Below, piece by piece: positions 38,321-46,853 of a DNA stretch of 64,000 bases. Numbering within the stretch: position 1 is the first letter of the stretch; each line of letters starts with the position of its first letter. Location: positions 1 to 64,000 of the IMG/VR virus record IMGVR_UViG_3300022752_000030, one strand, 5' to 3'. Made by a program: the position numbers and the translations under genes. The stretch comes from a virus. The notes under the pieces are model-generated. The model was not told the DNA's origin. It saw nothing but the letters and a program-made list of their open reading frames with translations, and ran no database searches.

Positions 38321-39672
38321 CCGAAAAAGTCCTCTAGTGAATTAATTTTTTCTGTTTTCCAATTCATACAATCTAATATGATACGAATTGGTTCTAAAAA
38401 TGATTTTTCAAATTGTAAATCATAATCGATAAAACTGTCAAGATTAAATTCTTTTGGTAATCTTGAAGGATAAGATATTACGGTATCTTTAAATGGATTA
38501 GGCATTTTCAGATAAGTAAATTTGATCTTTTCACCCTCTTGTATCAAAGGATATTTTTTAGTCAAATTCAGTTGTTTAATATTGTGATTATATAAAATAG
38601 CACCCTTAACATGAATAGGTGTTCCTTTTTTATATAGTAAAACCGAATCTGAATAAGTCTTCAATCCGTTCAATCCTCTCGGAAAAGATATATCTTCGGG
38701 TGGTAATTTTTTGAACGACTCTTTAAAATTTGCAATAAAATCTTGTACGTCAGATTCAGTACCAGTCATCATCAATTTAATGACATCTTTCATTTTTTCA
38801 CGAATCGATGATGGTGTTGAAGATTTGATCATTTCTAGACCCATAACCTTCATCTGAGGCTCGTTATACCGAACACCCTCATTATCATAAACATTTAAAA
38901 TATATCTCTTTTTAGCTGTCCAAACACCTTTGTTAGCTAACGCTTCACGTTTCATTTGCATTTTCTGATCATATGCATTTACGTATGTGGCCAGTTCTTG
39001 ATAAGACTTGTCGATATATGGTTGAATCTTATCTTCACAAACACGATCCATAAAGTCAATTATTTTTTTCGTATTTGTGGTATCATTATTGAACTTTTTG
39101 ACCAGAGAACCTAATTTTAGATAAATCGAATCCGTATCTGATGCAATCACATAATCATCATTTGTCTGTAAAAGTTTGTTCATGTAATCATTCAGTTTGC
39201 CTTCAATCCAACGAATTGATAACTGACCAGCAAGCGTAACAGCAAGCGCTTGTCTTAAATCATAAAAACGGAAATATTGTGATCCAAGAGCACCATAAGC
39301 TGAGTTAAGTGATACTTTTTTTGCTAGTTGAAGATTATTATATCGAGCAATCTTTTTTTCTAATTCAAATTTCTTACTTTCATCTTTTTCAACCTCATAT
39401 TCTTTTTTGGCCTGAATCATCATTTTTTTGAACTTACTTCTATCAACATACATTTCTTCCATCATCTTTGGTAAGAAACCTTGAATGTCTGTTCTGAACA
39501 ACTGGCCATTGGGTGTGATGGTACAATGCATTGGACCAAGAAAAGAAGTATCGACAGTTTTTTTCAACATACTTTCGACACTAACTTTATCAATTTCTCG
39601 TTCAAATAATTCTATAGCCCGAAGTTCTTCTTGTAGTTCTTCAGTTGTTAATTTTTTTACATTACGAAACAT
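38317..39672 (-). CDS. gp43: DNA polymerase B, C-terminal half of split gene
   Basis: GFLP, KKVSLNSAYG, SDTDS, KKRY, KSSTP, C-terminal clamp motif SLEDFF. Confidence 0.95.
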   Translation of the reverse strand: MFRNVKKLTTEELQEELRAIELFEREIDKVSVESMLKKTVDTSFLGPMHCTITPNGQLFRTDIQGFLPKMMEEMYVDRSKFKKMMIQAKKEYEVEKDESKKFELEKKIARYNNLQLAKKVSLNSAYGALGSQYFRFYDLRQALAVTLAGQLSIRWIEGKLNDYMNKLLQTNDDYVIASDTDSIYLKLGSLVKKFNNDTTNTKKIIDFMDRVCEDKIQPYIDKSYQELATYVNAYDQKMQMKREALANKGVWTAKKRYILNVYDNEGVRYNEPQMKVMGLEMIKSSTPSSIREKMKDVIKLMMTGTESDVQDFIANFKESFKKLPPEDISFPRGLNGLKTYSDSVLLYKKGTPIHVKGAILYNHNIKQLNLTKKYPLIQEGEKIKFTYLKMPNPFKDTVISYPSRLPKEFNLDSFIDYDLQFEKSFLEPIRIILDCMNWKTEKINSLEDFFG

Positions 39673-39709
39673 TCTATACCTTCATTTTAACCTTTTTTTG
39701 ATGCATCAT

Positions 39710-40243
39710 TTATTTCATCCACTTTTTTCTATTTTCAGTTTTACTCAATATTTGTAAATTGTCTGGATGATGTAAGCCGCCTTTTGCAATAGGTTGTATG
39801 TGGTCCACTTCATGTCCTTTAGGACAAATCAAATAATATTCCTGTAATTTTTTCTTTTCTTCTTTACTTAATTTTGGAGTTTGATTACGTATTCTTGCTC
39901 TCCGTCTTGCAGCAATTTCATTCCTAATTCTACGTTTATGATCTTCACCCAAATATTTACTCTTATTTGAGCAATAATAACTGCAATATTTTGAATTGTA
40001 CTTTTCACTTTCAGTTCTAAATTTTTGAGTTTGATATTCTTTACCGCAACATAGACATTTCAACAAAGATTTTCTCTCTTTATTTTTACATTCCAAATGA
40101 AAAGGTTTTTTAATATCAAATTTTTGTAAACACTTTTTAATATTAGCATCCGAACAACCAAAGTATTCAGCAACCTCACTTCTTCTCATATTTTTGTTAA
40201 TAAATAAATCGTAAAGTTTTTCTTTAGTGATATTATACTTCAT
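39710..40243 (-). mobile_element. Free-standing HNH homing endonuclease splitting gp43
   Basis: HTH (EVAEYFGCS), Zn motifs CLCC/YCSYYC, HEVDHIQPIAKGGLHHPDNLQIL..ENRKK. Confidence 0.88.
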
Positions 40244-40249
40244 TTATTT

Positions 40250-40281
40250 TCCTAATAAGTAACCGCACCCACTTATTTAGT
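40250..40281 (-). promoter_or_regulatory. Late promoter core plus RBS-overlapping hairpin upstream of HNH
   Basis: Minus: ACTAAATAAGT-GGGTGCGGTT-ACTTATTAGGA-AAATAA-ATG. Confidence 0.6.
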
Positions 40282-41568
40282 ATTTCTTAATTTTAACTCC
40301 TCAATTACTTTTCTCTTTCTTTCTGAAATATAACTTCTTTCAACAAGATTTTCTGGACTTATGGAGTATTGCATCATCAAATGTGGATAAAGTGAATTCA
40401 AGTCAAAACTTGCAACATATTCATGTAGACCAACTTGAACTTCTTTAACATAAGCACCCTCGAATGCTGAATCTTTTTCTTTGATGATTCTTGGAGGTAC
40501 AATAATATTTTGTTGTAACAAATATGAATATGTTAGAGAATCCCACATGCGTGTTTGAGCAAACACGTCTTCATAATTTGATTTTGTATCATACGCAAGA
40601 GTTAAAGCCAATTCAATCAGTTTTAACTTGTCTTCTAAACGTAAAATTAATTGCACGTCTTTGATGTTATACTCAATAAATTTTTGATAATTTAATTTAT
40701 ACAACTGATGCAGGTTTTCATATTCATCATATGAAATTTTACCTTCACCCAATTCAACGTTTGCAATATTATCAAGTCGATATGATTCTTGTGATTTTCC
40801 ACCCGGCGCATACCACTTATAAAGTTCAATATAATCGAGTGATGCGACACCAACAAGATCATAAGCAATCAATGGTCTTCCATTGATAACAGTTTTTCTT
40901 TCAAAAATAAAATTCCATGGTGACAGTTTTTTTGAACTGTCTTCACCTAAGATTTTTTTAAATCGATTGACAAGATATGGTATATCAAAAAACTTTGTAT
41001 TCCAACCAGTAATTACATCAGGACATTTAATTGACCAGACATCTATAAATTTTTTACACAATGTCCACTCATCACGACATTTGACATATGTAACATTTTC
41101 ATCGTTATTGTCAAATTCACCACAACCAAAAACATATGTGTGCCCGTTAATGTAAGTGATAGTGATAGCGGTAATGGGTTCGTTAGCTTCATAAGGATCA
41201 GGAAATCCATTTTCAGATCCAACTTCAATATCAACTACTGCAACCAAGACTTTATCTTGGTCCCAGTCAACCATACCAGAATGTTGTTCAGAAATAAATG
41301 CATATTCGAAACGAGAATTGCCGTGTATTACTGGAGCTCCAGATACATCCTCAAATTTTTTGATGTATTCTCTGGCTTCGTAAATCGTTTCGAATGTTTT
41401 CTTGTCGAGATAATTACCATCCAAATTTGTGTACTGTGTTACATTTTTGGATGGCAAATAAAGAGAAGGAGAGTAGTCAATTTTTTGTTTGACTCTTTTG
41501 CCGTCTAGAATTCCTCGATACAATATCTTACCACTAAGAGATTGTACGTTAGTATAAAAACTTGTCAT
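40273..41568 (-). CDS. gp43: DNA polymerase B, N-terminal half (exonuclease + motif A)
   Basis: DIEV, TGWNTKFFDIPY, YNIKDV, SFDLNSLYP. Confidence 0.95.
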   Translation of the reverse strand: MTSFYTNVQSLSGKILYRGILDGKRVKQKIDYSPSLYLPSKNVTQYTNLDGNYLDKKTFETIYEAREYIKKFEDVSGAPVIHGNSRFEYAFISEQHSGMVDWDQDKVLVAVVDIEVGSENGFPDPYEANEPITAITITYINGHTYVFGCGEFDNNDENVTYVKCRDEWTLCKKFIDVWSIKCPDVITGWNTKFFDIPYLVNRFKKILGEDSSKKLSPWNFIFERKTVINGRPLIAYDLVGVASLDYIELYKWYAPGGKSQESYRLDNIANVELGEGKISYDEYENLHQLYKLNYQKFIEYNIKDVQLILRLEDKLKLIELALTLAYDTKSNYEDVFAQTRMWDSLTYSYLLQQNIIVPPRIIKEKDSAFEGAYVKEVQVGLHEYVASFDLNSLYPHLMMQYSISPENLVERSYISERKRKVIEELKLRNTK

Positions 41569-41879
41569 TAACCTGTGATGATTTCTTTTGCTTGTGGAAG
41601 AATAATACCCGAACCAAAAATTGAATTGTAATTGTTAATAAAATCTTGTGCGGGTGTATAGTAATACACTACATGTTTTTTGGCAATAGAAATTGTTTGA
41701 TCTTTTTGTTGTTCCGCGTGAATCGGAAAAGGAGAGAATCCTACATTTGGTTGTCCATTTTGACCTCGAACAATTGCAATTCCTACAGGATTAATTAATA
41801 CAAATTCTGATTCTGATTCGGACTCAATTTCACTAACGAGTTCTTCACCTGTAATTAATTTAAATGCTTGAATTTTCAT
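41568..41879 (-). CDS. Hypothetical protein (Sm/LSm-like beta fold)
   Basis: KLITGEELV..NP pattern; early promoter TTTACA-N17-TATAAT upstream. Confidence 0.6.
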   Translation of the reverse strand: MKIQAFKLITGEELVSEIESESESEFVLINPVGIAIVRGQNGQPNVGFSPFPIHAEQQKDQTISIAKKHVVYYYTPAQDFINNYNSIFGSGIILPQAKEIITG

Positions 41880-41967
41880 TTTTCGCTCCTATAAAACAAA
41901 CATTATAACATAAAATAATTTTTTGTAAAGTGTGTTTTACACTATATACCATTATAAGGAGAAAAAA

Positions 41968-42252
41968 ATGAAAAAACTATTTTCATTTATTATGTTGATT
42001 CCTTTATTATCTTTCGGACAAACTCAGAGTATTGAAGTTCAAATAACAACGACATGTTATAAACTAGATCAAATAAAAGATACATTAATAAAATTTGATG
42101 AAAAATTGATATTGAATTATCCTAATGATTTAACAAATAAAAAAACAAATATACAGCTTTTTACGAATAAAGAAACTGGTACTTGGACTTTATTTGAATT
42201 AATTGATGGATTGTATTGTTTATTAGGTACAGGCACAGTTTCAACACTATAA
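41968..42252 (+). CDS. Small exported protein; only credible plus-strand gene
   Basis: AAGGAG RBS; signal peptide; C..N.ETGTWT..CLLG.G. Confidence 0.65.
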   Translation: MKKLFSFIMLIPLLSFGQTQSIEVQITTTCYKLDQIKDTLIKFDEKLILNYPNDLTNKKTNIQLFTNKETGTWTLFELIDGLYCLLGTGTVSTL

Positions 42253-42351
42253 AAAATATGTACACTCTAGAAAATATCTTCGATCTATATGTATACTACT
42301 TTGTAATGATGTACTATATGCCGTATCGCATGATAGGATCTATGCCGTAAT

Positions 42352-42425
42352 TGGATGCGGGTCCAAGAGTCGAACAAGGAACTGAGGATTATGAGTCCTC
42401 TGTGATACCGTTTCACCAACCCGCG
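42352..42425 (-). tRNA. tRNA-Met(CAT), atypical initiator-like
   Basis: Cloverleaf with CCA; C1:A72 mismatch; two T:T mismatches in T stem. Confidence 0.7.
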
Positions 42426-42433
42426 ATAAAAAG

Positions 42434-42511
42434 TGGTCTCCGATGAGAGATTCGAACTCCCGTTATTCTTCATCCCAAATGAAGTGCCATACCAGGCTAG
42501 GCGAATCGGAG
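42434..42511 (-). tRNA. tRNA-Pro(TGG)
   Basis: CTTCA-TT-TGG-GA-TGAAG; TTCGAAT; CCA. Confidence 0.9.
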
Positions 42512-42515
42512 ATTA

Positions 42516-42677
42516 TTATCTACCTCTACTTGATCTTCTAGTTGGTTTATTTACATTAACCTGAGAAGTAAATTTAGTTTGTTGTTTAGTTGCAATTTTT
42601 GAATTATTATTCGGTAATATTTTACCGGATTCACGAGCTAAATTTATAAAAGGATTTTTTGATTTTTTTTCATCCAT
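42516..42677 (-). CDS. Small basic protein inside tRNA array
   Basis: AGGAG RBS; MDEKKSKNPFINLA...RRSSRGR. Confidence 0.6.
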   Translation of the reverse strand: MDEKKSKNPFINLARESGKILPNNNSKIATKQQTKFTSQVNVNKPTRRSSRGR

Positions 42678-42695
42678 TATATTATCTCCTAAATT

Positions 42696-42769
42696 TGGAG
42701 CGGGATGACAGAATCGAACTGTCAACGGAAGATTGGAAATCTACAGTTTTACCATTAAACTAATCCCGC
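42696..42769 (-). tRNA. tRNA-Gly(TCC)
   Basis: GCGGGAT stem; TT-TCC-AA loop; TCCA end. Confidence 0.9.
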
Positions 42770-42775
42770 ATTAAC

Positions 42776-42850
42776 TGGTGCCGGATGTCTGATTTGAACA
42801 GACGACCTACCGCTTACAAGGCGGTTGCTCTACCCCTGAGCTAAACCGGC
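42776..42850 (-). tRNA. tRNA-Thr(TGT)
   Basis: ACCGC-CT-TGT-AA-GCGGT; CCA. Confidence 0.92.
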
Positions 42851-42853
42851 ATT

Positions 42854-42927
42854 TGGAGCGGGTACCGAGAATCGAACTCGGAAATAATCCTTGGCAAGGA
42901 TTTAGGTTACCTTTACATCATACCCGC
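42854..42927 (-). tRNA. tRNA-Gly(GCC)
   Basis: AATCC-TT-GCC-AA-GGATT; TCCA. Confidence 0.88.
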
Positions 42928-42934
42928 ACTTGTT

Positions 42935-42963
42935 ATTATATAGTATTTTTTTTACTATGTCAA
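42935..42963 (-). promoter_or_regulatory. Sigma70-type promoter inside tRNA array
   Basis: TTGACA-N17-TATAAT perfect consensus. Confidence 0.75.
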
Positions 42964-42971
42964 CATTTTTT

Positions 42972-43057
42972 TGGTGCGAGAGGGGGGACTTGAACCCCCA
43001 ATCCCTTACGGGCGATTGATTTTAAGTCAATTGCGTATGCCTTTCCGCCACTCTCGC
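42972..43057 (-). tRNA. tRNA-Leu(TAA)
   Basis: ATTGA-CT-TAA-AA-TCAAT; long variable arm; CCA. Confidence 0.92.
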
Positions 43058-43062
43058 TATAT

Positions 43063-43137
43063 TGGTCCGGTGACCAGGAATCGAACCTGGATTAATAGCT
43101 TAGAAGGCTACTGTTCTATCCATTGAACTATCACCAG
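43063..43137 (-). tRNA. tRNA-Arg(TCT)
   Basis: GTAGC-CT-TCT-AA-GCTAT; CCA. Confidence 0.92.
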
Positions 43138-43214
43138 TGGTGCCTCAGGAGAGACTCGAACTCTCAAAATTTTGCTTCTAAGGCAAACACGTATACCAAT
43201 TCCGTCACCGAGGC
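43138..43214 (-). tRNA. tRNA-Leu(TAG), short variable loop
   Basis: TTTGC-CT-TAG-AA-GCAAA; 5-nt variable region; CCA. Confidence 0.85.
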
Positions 43215-43220
43215 TTTATT

Positions 43221-43296
43221 TGGTGCTTTGTGACGGGTTCGAACCGCCGACCTACGCCTTGTAAGGGCGCCGCTCTACCAACTGAGCTAACAAAGC
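43221..43296 (-). tRNA. tRNA-Val(TAC)
   Basis: GCGCC-CT-TAC-AA-GGCGT; CCA. Confidence 0.93.
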
Positions 43297-43301
43297 AATA
43301 A

Positions 43302-45326
43302 TCAAAACATTTTCTTAAATACAGCAAACAATGATGATTTAACATCAGAACCAGCATTGTCTGATTGTAACACCAATCCTGTTTGCAATCTAGTCAATTT
43401 ATTAAAATTTTGAGTATATGCCAAACTTGTTGCGTACTGTCTATAACTATTTGAAAGTTCAATTTTTTCTTTTGAATTAATCGAGGTTACAGTTGCACCA
43501 TCTTCTGTTACATTTGAACTTGTATATCCGGTCACACCAGAAATTGTTGCACTACCACTAACAATTGCAGGAAGTTCAGTAACTTGGAAATTTAGATAAT
43601 CTTTTTCGTTAAAGATTTCTTTTTTCTGTAATCCCAGAGTCCAAGTTTGTGTAACAATATCACTCACATCACTAATCAACGAATCGGAAACAGTATTTGA
43701 TTTAGTAAATCCATAAGCCAAACTTCCATATACATTTACATTTTGATTCATATTTTTTGACAATTCCAAACCAGTCCAGTTTGTTGACGAATCACCTAAT
43801 GCAAATGCGCCGTTGCCTTTTGTTCCTAAGATTGATCCAAATTCTTTGGCTGTTCCAACTTCAACAGATAAACGATATTGATCATTTAGTTGATATCCAA
43901 ATTTCATTCCAGTAACATTATCACTCGAATAAACAGTATTAATTAGATTTTGTGTACCCAAATCGACATAGTTAATTGTCGAATTGCTAAGTGTAGAAAA
44001 TGCAGAAATTGGATTGTAATTCTGCATTGATGTTGTCATTCCGTTTGTCATATTGACAGTAAAATTTCTACCAATAGAATCAATAACTTGTGTGTTCTGT
44101 AATACAGAACTATTCACAAAACTTTGTTTGGTAATAATACCACCAGAAAGTCCACTTGATGAGAGTGACACCGGTCCAGCAGCAATTTGTGTCGTACTTG
44201 TGTTTGTAATTTTTGCAAGCGTGAGAGCACCAATTGGTTTTGTTGCAGCATCAAGATTCATTAAACCGTTACCGTAAACTTCATCAACTCCAGGTTTACC
44301 TAAATCCGTTGCTGTTTTAAGTAGAACTTGTACAATTTGTTCTGGTTTTAATGTTGGCCATGCTTGTTTGATTACAGCAATGCCACCTGATACAAAAGCA
44401 GCAGAAAGGCTTGTACCCTGATCAATCTTTAAATTAGTACCTGCATTTGCATTTGCGGCCCAAATTAAACCACCGCCAGGAGCAACTAAAAAATAATCTT
44501 TAATTTGAACAGTATCTTTACAAACATTGTTTACAAAATTCTGACAAATATTTCCCGCACGATTACTGAAACTAGCAATATTGTTATTGTTATCGACTGC
44601 ACCAACTATAACAGCGCGTCCACCAAGTAACAAATTTCCTTTCGTGTCTGTTTTCACTGCCAGGTTTGCAGGATTTGTTGGAACTGGATTTCCATCGTTT
44701 CCAGCTGCCATTACTACAATAGAACCTTTTGATGTTGCGTATTGCAATGAGGACAAAAATTGTGTTGATGAATAAGAATCTGCCGCACTTGTAATTTTTA
44801 CAAATGATCCATTATTTAAATTTTTATAATTTTTAGCAAATTCATTTTGACTCATCGATGAGCCCAAACTTAGATTGATAACATCTGCTTTATTGTCAGC
44901 GTTCCACCTAATGCCGTTGTTCACGTCAGTAACAAAAAGGAAACCAGCAAAGCCTCCTGCATAAATCATTGCATTTGCATTATAAGCAACACCCATAATT
45001 CCTGTGCCATCTTTTGCACCAGCAGCAAGAGAAATCATTTCAGTTCCATGACCACCGTTCACATCAATCATGTTTGTGTAATACGGACTTTTGGAAAGAA
45101 TCACATTTTTTAAATCTTTATTTTTAAGATCGGCACCAGTATCAACAAAACCAATGCGAGAATTTAGACCTGTATATCCACGCGACCAAGCAACCTTGGC
45201 ACCAATAGATGTAAGTGCAATATCGTTTGCTGCGGTTTCTGTGGGAGAAACGACTGCTGATAGACACACAGAGTTAATTGCCATCAATGATGCAATTGTA
45301 ATTAAATTTCTTTTAAAGAATTTCAT
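43302..45326 (-). CDS. Exported S8 subtilisin-like serine protease with probable C-terminal beta-barrel
   Basis: Signal peptide; triad VDTG / GHGT / QGTS; oxyanion AAGN; amphipathic C-terminal strands ending in F. Confidence 0.88.
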   Translation of the reverse strand: MKFFKRNLITIASLMAINSVCLSAVVSPTETAANDIALTSIGAKVAWSRGYTGLNSRIGFVDTGADLKNKDLKNVILSKSPYYTNMIDVNGGHGTEMISLAAGAKDGTGIMGVAYNANAMIYAGGFAGFLFVTDVNNGIRWNADNKADVINLSLGSSMSQNEFAKNYKNLNNGSFVKITSAADSYSSTQFLSSLQYATSKGSIVVMAAGNDGNPVPTNPANLAVKTDTKGNLLLGGRAVIVGAVDNNNNIASFSNRAGNICQNFVNNVCKDTVQIKDYFLVAPGGGLIWAANANAGTNLKIDQGTSLSAAFVSGGIAVIKQAWPTLKPEQIVQVLLKTATDLGKPGVDEVYGNGLMNLDAATKPIGALTLAKITNTSTTQIAAGPVSLSSSGLSGGIITKQSFVNSSVLQNTQVIDSIGRNFTVNMTNGMTTSMQNYNPISAFSTLSNSTINYVDLGTQNLINTVYSSDNVTGMKFGYQLNDQYRLSVEVGTAKEFGSILGTKGNGAFALGDSSTNWTGLELSKNMNQNVNVYGSLAYGFTKSNTVSDSLISDVSDIVTQTWTLGLQKKEIFNEKDYLNFQVTELPAIVSGSATISGVTGYTSSNVTEDGATVTSINSKEKIELSNSYRQYATSLAYTQNFNKLTRLQTGLVLQSDNAGSDVKSSLFAVFKKMF

Positions 45327-45349
45327 AATCAACTTTCATAATAAAAAAA

Positions 45350-45826
45350 TCAGGCAGCCATTGTCAATACATGCTTCAATCTGTCTGCTGCATATGTAGC
45401 AGCAAAAGCTTTTGGTTTTACCATTGGTGTAACATTACATGTTCCTTTGATATAACCAATTGCCTGTTGCACAACACACGATGATCCGTATTTTTCATTG
45501 GGATTTATATCCAAATGAACTTCAACGTGTCTGTCTTCCAAAACATCAGATAATGTTTGAAATAATTCTGCGACTTTAAAAACTTCATTCATTAAACGCA
45601 TAGATGGTTTATTTTTCTTTTGATCAAAGTCTCTCTCTCGAATAACTTCACCAAAAATTTTACAACCGTGTCGGCCATCAATATGAACAACAACCGCTAT
45701 TGTATAATCAGCATACCAGACATCATCAATAATAAATCTTTCCGAATCCGCACCAAGATATATCTTAGTTTGTGGACTTTGCGATGAAATAAATTTTTTC
45801 ACTTCATCGATGTCTATTTTTTTCAT
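45350..45826 (-). CDS. RNase H-like YkuK family protein
   Basis: IYLGADS, RLMNEV, EVHLDIN, KP.AFAA..AAD. Confidence 0.8.
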   Translation of the reverse strand: MKKIDIDEVKKFISSQSPQTKIYLGADSERFIIDDVWYADYTIAVVVHIDGRHGCKIFGEVIRERDFDQKKNKPSMRLMNEVFKVAELFQTLSDVLEDRHVEVHLDINPNEKYGSSCVVQQAIGYIKGTCNVTPMVKPKAFAATYAADRLKHVLTMAA

Positions 45827-46338
45827 ACATTATTTTTATTGCTGATTGCTTCCCTTAGCGCTTTTTCGATTAATTGATTGAATGTGATATCCAGTTTGTG
45901 TGCTAGTTTCATATATTCAAAAAGGTCGTCATCTGAAAATTCAATTTCCATTTGAATACGAGTATCGTATTTTTCATTAGAAATAATCGCTCGAGCTTTC
46001 TCCAACCAATCATGTTCGACAGTCAGATCGATATATTTAACTTCATCCCATGCAGTATCGTCCAGACCTTTAGCATCCTTTTCACGAGCATAAGCATCAA
46101 CATATTCAGGATGAATCAGGCGATATGAGCGATCATGGGTATAATCACAAACATCTACCTCATAGACGATTTGTGTGTTGGTATCAAATACAATATTAGC
46201 ACTCCAACCACCTTCACCGTGGAGTCCATTCCATGAGGTTAAGTTATATGCATTTTCACCATAACAGTTCCATTGAAATTTATCGCCTTCTGTAATACGA
46301 TAATTAATTAATTCCATGAATGTTTTCAACTGTATCAT
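45823..46338 (-). CDS. Hypothetical phage protein
   Basis: AGGAG RBS; C-terminal AHKLDITFNQLIE RHH-like segment. Confidence 0.7.
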   Translation of the reverse strand: MIQLKTFMELINYRITEGDKFQWNCYGENAYNLTSWNGLHGEGGWSANIVFDTNTQIVYEVDVCDYTHDRSYRLIHPEYVDAYAREKDAKGLDDTAWDEVKYIDLTVEHDWLEKARAIISNEKYDTRIQMEIEFSDDDLFEYMKLAHKLDITFNQLIEKALREAISNKNNV

Positions 46339-46362
46339 AATATACTCCTAATAAAATTTTAT

Positions 46363-46437
46363 TGGTACCGAGTAGTGGGATTGAACCACTGACCAACGCC
46401 TTATCAAGACGCTGCTCTACCGCTGAGCTAACTCGGT
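46363..46437 (-). tRNA. tRNA-Ile(GAT)
   Basis: GCGTC-TT-GAT-AA-GGCGT; CCA. Confidence 0.9.
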
Positions 46438-46442
46438 AAAAG

Positions 46443-46518
46443 TGGTGGAGGATGACGGGATCGAACCGACGACCCCCTGCTTGCAAAGCAGGTGCTCTCC
46501 CAGCTGAGCTAATCCCCC
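46443..46518 (-). tRNA. tRNA-Ala(TGC), host-like
   Basis: GGGGGATTAGCTCAGCTGGGAGAGCACCTGCTTTGCAAGCAGGGGGTCGTCGGTTCGATCCCGTCATCCTCCACCA; G3:U70. Confidence 0.95.
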
Positions 46519-46524
46519 ATTATT

Positions 46525-46650
46525 TTACCTACCTTGACCTCTGTATTTTTTAACTTTTTTTCTTGTTTTATTTAAAGTACTTGTTTTACTTCCGTTCTGA
46601 CAAGTCTTTTTGTGTACTGCTGTGTGTCCGGTATTTGTTTTTACGCTCAC
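46525..46650 (-). CDS. Small basic protein ending KKYRGQGR (41 aa)
   Basis: AAGGAG RBS, GTG start; manual translation. Confidence 0.6.
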   Translation of the reverse strand: MSVKTNTGHTAVHKKTCQNGSKTSTLNKTRKKVKKYRGQGR

Positions 46651-46668
46651 TTCAACTCCTTATAAAAT

Positions 46669-46744
46669 TGGCTCCTCGACCTGGGCTCGAACCAGGGACC
46701 TACGGATTAACAGTCCGGTGCTCTACCAACTGAGCTATCGAGGA
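46669..46744 (-). tRNA. tRNA-Asn(GTT)
   Basis: CT-GTT-AA loop; GCCA end. Confidence 0.93.
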
Positions 46745-46778
46745 ATAATCATTATTCTATCTATATATGTTTATATTT

Positions 46779-46853
46779 TGGCGGTCCCAAGGAGAATCGA
46801 ACTCCTAACATCGGCGTGACAAGCCGAAATTATAACCATTTAACTATGGGACC
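46779..46853 (-). tRNA. tRNA-Asp(GTC)
   Basis: TCGGC-TT-GTC-AC-GCCGA; GCCA end. Confidence 0.9.

Noticed and set aside
39673-40272. Group I intron or split intein in gp43
   Set aside because: Non-coding gaps are only 37 and 29 nt, no P/Q/R/S core elements were seen, and there is no intein N-terminal Cys block or terminal His-Asn followed by C/S/T; the C-half has its own RBS
42285-46819. ORFs 42285-42473, 46304-46486 and 46610-46819
   Set aside because: They overlap tRNA genes and are translation artefacts
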